From a bacterium (GTDB taxonomy: Bacteria > UBP7 > UBA6624 > JBBIMK01), in assembly GCA_037444445.1 (NCBI GenBank), contig JBBIMK010000002.1, forward strand, positions 90,644 to 122,643: a stretch of 32,000 bases of DNA, given 5' to 3'. A model generated the notes under the pieces. The model was not told the origin of the DNA and ran no database searches. It saw only the letters and a program-made list of their open reading frames with translations. Shown here one piece after another: positions 9,121 through 17,287 of this stretch (the stretch's first letter is position 1; every line of letters begins with the position of its first letter). A program made the translations under genes and the position numbers.

Positions 9121-10120
9121 TGCCTTTTCTCCTGCCCTCCTGTATTTTTTCTCGTATCAGTTCATACACACGATTCTCAACCATTTCTTTGGCCTGGCGG
9201 AGAGTCAGATAGATGGAACGAGCAGTAGAAGAACCGTGTGCAACAATGCAAACTCCTTCAACCCCCAGAAGTGGGGCACCTCCATACTCGTGGTAATCCA
9301 GAGTATGTTTAATGCGTTCAATGGTGTGACGATAAAGCATCAGCAGAGGTAATTGCGCCCATTTGCTTTTGGGCAATTCCCGGTAAATGACTCGCTTCAG
9401 AACCCCGCCCACGCCTTCCGTAGCCTTCAAAACCACATTTCCAGTAAAACCGTCGCAAACCAGCACATCCACATTTCCTACAAATAATTCCCGCCCTTCC
9501 ACATTTCCGATGAAATTCAGGCTGGAATTTTTCAAAAGAAAATAGGCTTTTTTCATGAGGGCATTACCCTTACCCGGTTCTACTCCCACATTTACCAGCC
9601 CGATCCGCGGCCTTTCTTTTCTTTCTACCGCTTTCATATATGCCTCACCCATAATAGCAAAATCCAGAAGGTGGCGAGGATTACAGTCCATATTGGCGCC
9701 AGCATCCAGAAGAATCACTTTATCTTTTAAGGAAGGAAGGATGGCACCGAAGCAAGGGCGTAAAATTCCTGGCATCCGCAGGTAACGAAGAGCGGCCGCC
9801 ATAAATGCCCCAGAATTTCCCGCAGATACCGATGCATCCGCGTACCCTTCTGTCACCAGTCGACTTACCACGCTGATGGAGGAGTTCTGTTTCTCTTTCA
9901 TCACTATCGTAGGTGCCTCATCCATCCTTACCACATCGGGAGCATGATAAATTTCTATATGTGACGTCTCGGAGGGGGATTTTTTTTTCAAAATTTCATG
10001 AACCACTGGATAGGGACCCACGGCGATAACCTGGATCCCTAAATCTCTGGCTTTCACGGCACCCCAGAGTATTTCTTCCGGTGCCTTATCCCCACCCATT
10101 ACATCTAAGGCTATCCGCAT
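9059..10120 (-). CDS. plsX: phosphate acyltransferase PlsX
   Basis: The track ORF (9059-10222) runs across the tRNA-Glu gene at its 5' end. The real start is taken as ATG 10118-10120 (MRIALDVMGGDKAPEE), with GAGG just upstream. The 3' end overlaps fabH by 62 nt in another frame. Confidence 0.9.
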   Translation of the reverse strand: MRIALDVMGGDKAPEEILWGAVKARDLGIQVIAVGPYPVVHEILKKKSPSETSHIEIYHAPDVVRMDEAPTIVMKEKQNSSISVVSRLVTEGYADASVSAGNSGAFMAAALRYLRMPGILRPCFGAILPSLKDKVILLDAGANMDCNPRHLLDFAIMGEAYMKAVERKERPRIGLVNVGVEPGKGNALMKKAYFLLKNSSLNFIGNVEGRELFVGNVDVLVCDGFTGNVVLKATEGVGGVLKRVIYRELPKSKWAQLPLLMLYRHTIERIKHTLDYHEYGGAPLLGVEGVCIVAHGSSTARSIYLTLRQAKEMVENRVYELIREKIQEGRRKGIGIFSRDHRTGSLHPAESAD

Positions 10121-10167
10121 GCCTGCCTCTAACTCTATCGCATTTTCACTTCTTCTGCAACTGATTA

Positions 10168-10241
10168 CGGCTCCAAGGGGATTTGAACCCCTTTTTCCAC
10201 CTTGAGAGGGTGGCGTCCTCACCGGGTTAGACGATGGAGCC
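10168..10241 (-). tRNA. tRNA-Glu (anticodon CUC), no encoded CCA
   Basis: The minus strand reads GGCTCCA TC GTCT AACCCGGTGA GGAC G CCACC CTCTCAA GGTGG AAAA AGGGG TTCAAAT CCCCT TGGAGCC G. This folds into a complete 74-nt cloverleaf with a 7-bp acceptor stem, a TTCAAAT T-loop and anticodon loop C-T-CTC-A-A. Confidence 0.9.
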
Positions 10242-10267
10242 TTTCCTTTTCCCTCTTCATTTTTCTG

Positions 10268-10276
10268 ATTATATCA
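10268..10276 (-). promoter_or_regulatory. extended -10 promoter (TGATATAAT) upstream of tRNA-Glu and the plsX-fab operon
   Basis: Exact TGnTATAAT on the minus strand. The hexamer ends 26 nt upstream of the mature tRNA 5' end, which implies a short RNase P-processed leader. Confidence 0.5.
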
Positions 10277-10323
10277 TAAAGGTAACTTTTTCAGGTTTCC
10301 TTGCTCCTTACAGCCCGGACGGG

Positions 10324-11868
10324 TTAAAGTTTTTCTGAAATGGTTTTCCCTTGAAGGAAGTGCAGGAGATAATCCCGTCCTCCTGCTTTGGAACCAGTTC
10401 CACTCATATTGAAACCACCGAATGGGTGAGCACCCACCAGCGCTCCTGTGCACTTCCGATTGATGTAAAGATTACCGCAGTGGAATCGTTTCTTCGCTTC
10501 GGAGATTTTTTCTCGGTTTCGGCTGTAAAAAGAGCCTGTCAAACCATACTCCGTTCCATTGGCAATTTCCACCGCTTCCTGAAAGTTTCTGGCTTTTAGT
10601 ATGGAAAGCACGGGACCAAAAATTTCTTCCTGTGCTAAACGGCTTTGTGGTCTGATGTCGGTAAAGAGGGTGGGGGAGATATAAAAACCGTTTCCCGGTG
10701 CCTTCTTCCCTCCCCAGAGAAGTTTTCCTTCTTTCTTTCCGATTTCAATATATTCCAGGATTTTCTTTTCCGCTCCAGCGTTGATCACCGGGCCCATAAA
10801 ATGATTTTCCTTTGCAGGCCCAATAGATAGAGCCTTCGTCTTTTCAACAATTTGTTCCACCGTTTTCTCATATATCTTTTCGTCCAGTATAGCGCGGGAG
10901 CAGGCGGAGCATTTTTGCCCCTGAAAGCCGAAGGCGGAAACAACAATTCCCTGCGCCGCTGCTTCAATATCTGCCTCCGAGTCCACTACAATTGCATCTT
11001 TCCCACCCATTTCAGCAATAACCCGCTTGAGCCAGATTTGCCCCTTTTGAATTTTTGAAGCCAATTCGTAAATGTGCGAGCCCACCTCCCGAGAGCCAGT
11101 AAAGGCGACCATCCGGGTTTGAGGATGAGCCACCAGGTAATCTCCTACCGTTCCCCCGGGCCCGGTTACAAAGTTCAAAACTCCAGCAGGTAGCCCCACT
11201 TCCTCCATCAAGCAGTAGAATTGCCAGCCCACTGCAGGAGAATCACTGGATGGTTTTAAGATGACCGTGTTTCCCGTTACTAACGCTCCCAGCGACATGC
11301 CCGCTAAAATTGCCAGAGGAAAGTTCCATGGAGGTATGACTACCACCGGTCCCAGGGGAATATATACCAGTTCATTTATCTCACCGGGCAAAGGAGTGAC
11401 GGGCTGGGGTTCTGAAAGTCTGAGCATTTCCCTTGCGTAAAATTCAAAGTAATCAATGGCTTCTGCCACATCTGCATCCGCTTCTACCCAGTTTTTGCCC
11501 ACCTCCAAAACCTGCCAGGCAGACAGTTCAAATTTCTTTTTCCGCGCCAGTTCTGCTGCCTTGAAAAGGTAAGCGGCTCGCTCTTCCGCTGGCACATATC
11601 GCCAGAAATCAAAGGCCTTCACGGCCGTGGTGATGGCTTTCTCCGCTTCTGCCGTGCCCGCCTTTTGAAAGATGCCCACGACTTCTTCTTTTTCAGATGG
11701 GTTGATACTTCTGAATTTATCTGCGGTCTTAATTTTTTTCCCTCCTATAACAAGAGGATACTCCCTCCCTGTTTCCTTCTGCACTTTTCGCAAGGCTTCC
11801 TGCATCCGCAGTTTGTTAGCTTCTTCCGTGAAATCCGTTAAAGGTTCATTCTGAAATTCCGGCAACAT
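10324..11868 (-). CDS. rocA: L-glutamate gamma-semialdehyde (1-pyrroline-5-carboxylate) dehydrogenase, ALDH family
   Basis: 514 aa. The N-terminus FQNEPLTDFT is typical of RocA/PruA-type P5CDH. ALDH catalytic Glu (AEMGGKDA) and Cys (FGFQGQKCSACSR) are present. AGGAGGAAGGAG precedes the ATG. Confidence 0.88.
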   Translation of the reverse strand: MLPEFQNEPLTDFTEEANKLRMQEALRKVQKETGREYPLVIGGKKIKTADKFRSINPSEKEEVVGIFQKAGTAEAEKAITTAVKAFDFWRYVPAEERAAYLFKAAELARKKKFELSAWQVLEVGKNWVEADADVAEAIDYFEFYAREMLRLSEPQPVTPLPGEINELVYIPLGPVVVIPPWNFPLAILAGMSLGALVTGNTVILKPSSDSPAVGWQFYCLMEEVGLPAGVLNFVTGPGGTVGDYLVAHPQTRMVAFTGSREVGSHIYELASKIQKGQIWLKRVIAEMGGKDAIVVDSEADIEAAAQGIVVSAFGFQGQKCSACSRAILDEKIYEKTVEQIVEKTKALSIGPAKENHFMGPVINAGAEKKILEYIEIGKKEGKLLWGGKKAPGNGFYISPTLFTDIRPQSRLAQEEIFGPVLSILKARNFQEAVEIANGTEYGLTGSFYSRNREKISEAKKRFHCGNLYINRKCTGALVGAHPFGGFNMSGTGSKAGGRDYLLHFLQGKTISEKL

Positions 11869-11905
11869 ATTCTCCTTCCTCCTGACTTTTCAAATATCCA
11901 GATAA

Positions 11906-11934
11906 TATATAGCAGATAAAGGGAGTAGAATCAA
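11906..11934 (-). promoter_or_regulatory. candidate promoter for rocA (-35 TTGATT, 17 nt, TGc-TATATA)
   Basis: On the minus strand, TTGATT (11929-11934) and TGCTATATA (11906-11914) sit about 38 nt upstream of the ATG. Confidence 0.45.
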
Positions 11935-11958
11935 CGAGAAGGGTAGGGAATGGACAAA

Positions 11959-13839
11959 CTAAACCTCCACCTTTTTTGCTTGTTTGTAAAGATAAATCAT
12001 TAGAGTGGTGATGTCAGAAGAGCGAACCCCCGGAATCCGACAGGCTTGCCCGATGGAGCGGGGGCGGACCCGGGAGAGTTTCTCCCGGGCTTCGTGGGTT
12101 AAACTCGGTATCTTCCAGTAGTCCAGGTCCTCGGGCAGAATCTTCTCTTCCATTTTCCCCAGTTTTTCAACCATCTTTTGCTCTTTTACAAGATACCCCT
12201 GATACTTGATTTCTGTTTCAATAAAATGGATTTCTTCCGGCGTGAGAGAGGGGTTAGAGTATCCTCGGAGAGAGGCATAAGAGTAGTCAGGACGTTTCAA
12301 CAACTGGATGGCTTGTATCCGCTCGCCGTTGAGGCCTGGTAAAATCTCGGATAGGGGAATCCACAATTTCTCCAGCCTTTGCACTTCCTCAAAGATACGC
12401 TGATATTTTTGGTGAAAGCGCTGATACTGTTCCTTCGGAATGAGGCCCAGGGAATAACCTTTTGGAGTGAGGCGTTGGTCAGCATTATCCCATCTTAAAA
12501 GGAGACGGTGCTCGGCTCTGGCCGTGAAGATTCGGTAGGGCTCCAGAGTTCCTTTCGTGACCAGGTCATCCACCATCACTCCAATGTAAGCCTCGTGCCG
12601 GGACAGGATGAAAGGGGATTTTCCCAGCACTTTCAAAGCGGCGTTAATGCCGGCGACAATCCCTTGCCCCCCCGCTTCCTCGTACCCACTGGTTCCGTTA
12701 ATCTGACCTGCAAGGAAGAGCCCTTCTATTTTCTTTGTTTCCAGGGTGGGCTTTAACTGCTGGGGATACACCACATCATACTCAATAGCATACCCGGGTC
12801 TTAAAATCTCTGCGTTTTCTAAGCCCGGGATAGAGTGAATCATCTCCCATTGAACCTCTTCAGGCAGGCTATTTGACGCCCCTGCCACATAATATTCCTC
12901 CGTATTCAATCCCTCGGGCTCTAAAAAAATGTGATGCTGTTCTTTATGGGAAAATTTCACAACCTTATCCTCAATAGAGGGGCAGTAACGAGCCCCAGTT
13001 CCTACGATGTGTCCTCCATACATCGCTGAACGATGAAGATTGGCTTCTATGATGGACTTCGTTTTTAGAGTAGTGTGAGTAACAAAGCAGGGAATTTTGG
13101 GGAGAGTGTGTGACGGTGGGTCATAGGAGAAATGATGAATTTCCGAAGGCTGTTCCAGAGATTGCATTTTTGAGAAGTCAATTGTTCGCTTATTGAGCCG
13201 TGGAGGGGTTCCTGTCTTAAATCTGCCCATCTCAAAACCGTTTTTTTCCAGGAAAGCTCCCAGCGCATCGGCAGGGGCTTCGCCCCGTCTACCCGCAGGA
13301 TATTTCATTTCTCCGATGTGAATTAAGCCTCTTAGAAAAGTGCCAGTGGTAATGACAACTGTTTTACTGCGGTAGATGACACCGGTTCGCACCTTCACAC
13401 CTGCAATCCGGTTCCCCTGGAGCAGAAATTCTTCCACCGTGGCTTCCTTCAAATCTAAGTGTTCCTGATTCTCCAGGAGATGCTTCATAGCGGCCTGATA
13501 AGCCTTTTTATCGGCTTGTGCTCGGAGGGCTCGAACGGCTGGTCCTTTGCTTTCATTCAAAAATCGCACATGGATATTGGTGGCATCAATGGTTTTGCCC
13601 ATCACCCCGCCGAGGGCATCAATTTCCCTTGTAATGTGCCCCTTTCCTGCCCCTCCGATGCTCGGGTTACAAGCCATATGGCCAACATTATCCAAATTGG
13701 TGGTGAGCACCAGAGTTTCGCATCCCATTTTCGCCGAAGCTGCAGCGGCTTCTATGCCCGCATGCCCGGCTCCTACCACAATTACATCGTAGATTTTTGG
13801 ATATATCCACCCTTCAGCCATTGCAAAACTGTTTTCCAT
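11959..13839 (-). CDS. mnmG: tRNA uridine 5-carboxymethylaminomethyl modification enzyme MnmG (GidA)
   Basis: 626 aa with the FAD fold YDVIVVGAGHAGIEAA, GQINGTSGYEEAGGQG and the conserved C-terminal domain. The start is uncertain: ATG 13837-13839 or ATG 13819-13821 (MAEGWIYPK...). The latter fits the nearby -10 element better. Confidence 0.93.
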   Translation of the reverse strand: MENSFAMAEGWIYPKIYDVIVVGAGHAGIEAAAASAKMGCETLVLTTNLDNVGHMACNPSIGGAGKGHITREIDALGGVMGKTIDATNIHVRFLNESKGPAVRALRAQADKKAYQAAMKHLLENQEHLDLKEATVEEFLLQGNRIAGVKVRTGVIYRSKTVVITTGTFLRGLIHIGEMKYPAGRRGEAPADALGAFLEKNGFEMGRFKTGTPPRLNKRTIDFSKMQSLEQPSEIHHFSYDPPSHTLPKIPCFVTHTTLKTKSIIEANLHRSAMYGGHIVGTGARYCPSIEDKVVKFSHKEQHHIFLEPEGLNTEEYYVAGASNSLPEEVQWEMIHSIPGLENAEILRPGYAIEYDVVYPQQLKPTLETKKIEGLFLAGQINGTSGYEEAGGQGIVAGINAALKVLGKSPFILSRHEAYIGVMVDDLVTKGTLEPYRIFTARAEHRLLLRWDNADQRLTPKGYSLGLIPKEQYQRFHQKYQRIFEEVQRLEKLWIPLSEILPGLNGERIQAIQLLKRPDYSYASLRGYSNPSLTPEEIHFIETEIKYQGYLVKEQKMVEKLGKMEEKILPEDLDYWKIPSLTHEAREKLSRVRPRSIGQACRIPGVRSSDITTLMIYLYKQAKKVEV

Positions 13840-13842
13840 ATT

Positions 13843-13851
13843 ATTCTATCA
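13843..13851 (-). promoter_or_regulatory. candidate extended -10 promoter (TGATAGAAT) for mnmG
   Basis: Minus-strand TGATAGAAT ends only 3 nt before the first ATG of the ORF. Confidence 0.4.
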
Positions 13852-13916
13852 CATCTGCTTTTCTGCGAGATATGCCAGAATTCTGTCCGGCTTTCTCTCC
13901 CCTTTGAAACTTATGA

Positions 13917-13925
13917 TGATATAAT
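13917..13925 (+). promoter_or_regulatory. extended -10 promoter (TGATATAAT) for the hypothetical-mrp unit
   Basis: Exact TGATATAAT, 53 nt upstream of the ATG at 13979. It is divergent from the mnmG element. Confidence 0.5.
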
Positions 13926-13978
13926 TAAGAGGGTTGTGAGAGGAACGAACCAAAGGAAAAGCAGGAGGCTTTTATAAC

Positions 13979-14608
13979 ATGTGGGAGGAAAACAAATTTA
14001 CGATTTTGTTAATTATAGGGATTTTGGTTATTTTTTTCATTTTCATTGCCCGTCCAAATCAACTGAATTCACTGCTTTCCGCCGTCATGCCGGAAAAAGA
14101 CCGGGTGGCCATTCAGGTTCTGGATGTGGTAAAAATTCGCCCGGGTTCAAAGCCCACAGAAATACTGGAAACCCTGGTGGCATTTATCCAGAAACACGGT
14201 GGTGTGACCCGGGATGAGGCAATTGAGATGGCAAAAATCCCTTCCACTCAATTTCGCGGTGGACTCCTTTACGCAGAGGTTGTGGCAAGTGAAGTTCATA
14301 CGATCCCTGTGGGCCAGAAATATCTGCTCTTTACCATGGTGGATATTCCACCGGAGAAGATTCTGGTAGTGGATTATGAGCCAGATTTAATGGGATATAT
14401 CTTTTACCCGCAGGTAAGCATTGGCGGGTCTCAGCCGATTTATATTTCTACGGGTAATCCGGAATTACCGAAATACCTTACGACAGGTATGAGTCGGGTG
14501 CTTGTGGCGATGGGAGAGGTGCGGAAGAAAGGTTATTCAGATTGGGCTTTTTTCCGCCGTTCCCGCAAGGCTTCCGCACCTTCGCCAACCGCTTCAAAAT
14601 CGCCCTGA
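13979..14608 (+). CDS. hypothetical membrane-anchored protein (one N-terminal TM helix, no domain recognised)
   Basis: 209-aa ORF with AGGAGG 10 nt upstream of the ATG. Has an N-terminal hydrophobic helix (FTILLIIGILVIFFIFIA) and a basic, Ser/Pro-rich C-terminal tail. Only 16 nt separate it from mrp. Confidence 0.65.
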   Translation: MWEENKFTILLIIGILVIFFIFIARPNQLNSLLSAVMPEKDRVAIQVLDVVKIRPGSKPTEILETLVAFIQKHGGVTRDEAIEMAKIPSTQFRGGLLYAEVVASEVHTIPVGQKYLLFTMVDIPPEKILVVDYEPDLMGYIFYPQVSIGGSQPIYISTGNPELPKYLTTGMSRVLVAMGEVRKKGYSDWAFFRRSRKASAPSPTASKSP

Positions 14609-14624
14609 AGGGGGGAAGGCATAG

Positions 14625-15701
14625 ATGTTTAACTCTATCACGAAAGAGAGAGTGTTCCGGGTTCTGGAACAGGTAATGGACCCGGAGGTGGGTCGCTCCA
14701 TTGTGGAATTAAATATGGTTCGGTCGGTGGAGATTGAGAACAGTCGGGTCTCGGTGGAAATTGCCTTAACCGTCAGAGGTTGCCCTCTGGCGAAGACCCT
14801 GGAAGAGGATGTCAGACTCGCCGTCCAAACCATCCCGGGAGTTTCTGAAGTGATTGTTAAAATGGGCACGATGGGTCCAGAGGAACTTCAGCGCTTTGTA
14901 GGGCAAATTAAGGCCCGTCACCCTCAGGCTGGCACAGAACACACTCGGCATATTGTTGCTGTCGGGAGCGGAAAGGGTGGGGTAGGGAAGTCCACCATCG
15001 CATTGAATCTTGCTCTATCGTTTCTCAAATTGGGGAAAAAAGTTGGGCTTTTTGACGCAGATATCTGGGGACCTTCTATCGCCAAGATGCTAAATCTTCG
15101 GGATATGCCCACTGCTTTAGCCGATAATCTCATTGAACCCCTGGAAGTCTTTCAGATGAAGGTCATGACCTTTGGCACGATTCTCCGAGAAAATCAACCC
15201 GTCATCTGGCGGGGCCCTATGGCTCATAAAGCCATTGAGCAGTTCTTGCTGGATACCCTCTGGGGAGAACTGGACTACCTGATAGTGGATTTACCACCGG
15301 GAACCGGTGATGTGGCCATCTCCGTAAGCCAGTTAGCCAGAATAGACGGTGCGGTTCTGGTGACAACCCCCCAGGAAGTTGCCGCTCTGGATGTTCGGAA
15401 AGCCATAAATATGTTCCGGAGTATGGGCGTTCGCATTTTAGGAGTGGTGGAAAATATGGCTTATTTCCGATGCTCTCGCTGCTTAGAAAAGCATTTTATC
15501 TTTGGGAAAAATGGAGCGCAAACTCTTTCTGACTTAGAGCATGTCCCCGTTCTTGGGCAGGTGCCTCTGGATATTACTCTCATGGAAGCAGAAGATAAAG
15601 GATTTCCCTTCATGTTCAATGTTAGTGAAAACAATGAAGCGTATTCGGCTCTATTGAACATCGCCCGAAATATCTATCAAATTTTCGAGCCTACTCACTA
15701 A
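14625..15701 (+). CDS. apbC: Mrp/ApbC/NBP35-family Fe-S cluster carrier ATPase with N-terminal DUF59/MIP18 domain
   Basis: 358 aa with the deviant Walker A GSGKGGVGKST, a CxxC (FRCSRC) and a DUF59-like N-terminus (VLEQVMDPEVGRSIVELNMV). Confidence 0.92.
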   Translation: MFNSITKERVFRVLEQVMDPEVGRSIVELNMVRSVEIENSRVSVEIALTVRGCPLAKTLEEDVRLAVQTIPGVSEVIVKMGTMGPEELQRFVGQIKARHPQAGTEHTRHIVAVGSGKGGVGKSTIALNLALSFLKLGKKVGLFDADIWGPSIAKMLNLRDMPTALADNLIEPLEVFQMKVMTFGTILRENQPVIWRGPMAHKAIEQFLLDTLWGELDYLIVDLPPGTGDVAISVSQLARIDGAVLVTTPQEVAALDVRKAINMFRSMGVRILGVVENMAYFRCSRCLEKHFIFGKNGAQTLSDLEHVPVLGQVPLDITLMEAEDKGFPFMFNVSENNEAYSALLNIARNIYQIFEPTH

Positions 15702-15769
15702 GAAATCGTAGTTTTTGTAAAACCTTCTTTCAGGGAATTTTTTTCTTTAATCATATATACTTTTATGGT

Positions 15770-16249
15770 GTGAGGCAGGGAACCTGGTACATCGGGGTTT
15801 GTGGAGCAATGGAGGCAGGAGAGGAAGAAAAGGCTATTGCAGAAAGAGTAGGGCGAGAAGTCGCTCGTAAGGGAGCCATCCTGGTTACAGGTGGATTATC
15901 AGGAGTCATGGAAAAAGCCTCTGAAGGAGCGTGGAAAGAACAAGGTAGAGTGGTGGGAATTCTTCCGGGTGCTTCTCGTGTGGAGGCTAATCCTTATATT
16001 CATGTGGCTATAGCCACCAACATGGGGCATGCCCGGAACGTCATTTTAGTTCACACCGTGGATGGTATCCTGGTTGTGGGAGGTGAAGCGGGCACTCTCT
16101 CCGAAATAGCCCTTGCGGTTAAACTCCGAAAGCCTGTAGTCATCGTTAAAGGCTGGCAAGAATTACAGAGCAGTTTTTCTCAGGTTTTCTACCAGCCTGA
16201 CCCCGAAAAAGCCGTGCAGGATTTGTTACAATTACTGAATAGAGGATGA
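15770..16249 (+). CDS. TIGR00725 / LOG-like (SLOG superfamily) Rossmann-fold protein
   Basis: 159 aa with a GTG start. Contains TGGLSGVMEKASEGA and VVGGEAGTLSEIA, the equivalents of the LOG-family GGGxGxM and PGGxGTxxE motifs. Confidence 0.75.
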   Translation: MRQGTWYIGVCGAMEAGEEEKAIAERVGREVARKGAILVTGGLSGVMEKASEGAWKEQGRVVGILPGASRVEANPYIHVAIATNMGHARNVILVHTVDGILVVGGEAGTLSEIALAVKLRKPVVIVKGWQELQSSFSQVFYQPDPEKAVQDLLQLLNRG

Positions 16250-16518
16250 TTAAAAAATTGGTGGCAAGAGTGAGAGGAAAAGTGCAAGGAGTTGGATACC
16301 GGTTCTTCGTGCAACACCAGGCTGCACTTCTGGGGTTAAAGGGTGTGGCACGGAATCAGTTGGATGGGTCCGTTGAGGTGATTCTGGAGGGGGAGGAAGA
16401 GAAATTGAGAAAAATCCTCCGTCTACTTCACATAGGTCCTCCACTTTCCAGGGTGATTTCTGTAGAGCATTCCTTCCACGAAGCCAGCGGTGAATTTATA
16501 GATATTGAGGTAGAGTAG
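16246..16518 (+). CDS. acyP: acylphosphatase
   Basis: 90 aa with VRGKVQGVGYRFF, the acylphosphatase signature. ATGA overlap with the preceding gene. Confidence 0.88.
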   Translation: MIKKLVARVRGKVQGVGYRFFVQHQAALLGLKGVARNQLDGSVEVILEGEEEKLRKILRLLHIGPPLSRVISVEHSFHEASGEFIDIEVE

Positions 16519-16967
16519 TGAAAGATGAGAAACTGTTTATGCCGGGTCCCCCCAAAGAGGAGGAGATGAAACAGGGGAGGAGAATGTCTCGGATGGAGAA
16601 GCTTAACATTTTACTTATAAAATTAGAAAATAGACAAAAACTCCTCCAACGACTCTTAAATCCAACGCTGTCGTTGGAAGAAACCTCTTTGCTTCTCGGA
16701 GTGTCAAAAGGCACCTTGCGGCAGTATACCAACTTAAGGAAGCTCAGACACTTCCGAACCCCCGGAGGTCAGAGGCGGTTTTACTTGCTGGATATTTTAG
16801 GATTCCTGGCAAAAAGGGATGGAGACATAGGAGACATACTTCAGGAAACAGAGAAGGCAATTCGGAGAGCCAAAAGCCGAATTCAAATAGTTGATGCGGT
16901 TAAAAAAAGGGAGAAACGGCGAGGGCGGCCACCCAAAAAGAGACTATCCGAGGGGAAACTCTTTTAA
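16518..16967 (+). CDS. DNA-binding protein: excisionase/MerR-like HTH (HTH_17-like) with C-terminal AT-hook-like basic tail
   Basis: 149 aa. LSLEETSLLLGVSKGTLRQYTNLRKLRHFRTPGGQRRFYLLDILGFL fits the HTH_17 pattern. The C-terminus KKREKRRGRPPKKR contains the AT-hook core RGRP (16920-16931). The GTG start overlaps the acyP stop; in-frame ATG alternatives begin at 16539. Confidence 0.65.
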   Translation: MKDEKLFMPGPPKEEEMKQGRRMSRMEKLNILLIKLENRQKLLQRLLNPTLSLEETSLLLGVSKGTLRQYTNLRKLRHFRTPGGQRRFYLLDILGFLAKRDGDIGDILQETEKAIRRAKSRIQIVDAVKKREKRRGRPPKKRLSEGKLF

Positions 16968-17287
16968 ATTTTATTTTTTTCATAATTTTTGAGGGGGGAG
17001 AAGGGAAAGTAAGCACTACTCCCGGCGATTTTTGAAATTAAGATGTTTTTCCAAGAACGAGCGTAAGGGGGGAAGGAGGCAGGGAAGATTTTTGGTTCGT
17101 ATAATAGATATTATGTTAAATTATTTCGCCGCACCATTCTGACTTTAAGTCCCGGTTTATCTCTTGTAGGCTGATTCTGAATTTAAACTATAGCTTTCAA
17201 TAAAATTAAAATGATGTGAGTCCTGGATAGGGTAAGGTATATCTTTGAGGCTTTTTGTAAAAATTAAGAGGTTATTCTGTCGGATTT

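Noticed and set aside
10121-10222. N-terminal extension of the plsX ORF in the track (MRTPPSQGGKRGSNPLGAVISCRRSENAIELEAG...)
   Set aside because: These codons are the translation of the tRNA-Glu gene (10168-10241) and its trailer. PlsX homology begins at MRIALDVMGGD (ATG 10118-10120).
13459-13977. 172-aa ORF antisense to mnmG
   Set aside because: It lies mostly within the strongly supported mnmG CDS on the opposite strand. It has no SD and no domain signal.
16992-17087. G-quadruplex potential of the GGGGGG-containing purine blocks
   Set aside because: Neither block has four suitably spaced G3+ tracts, so a canonical intramolecular G4 is not supported.
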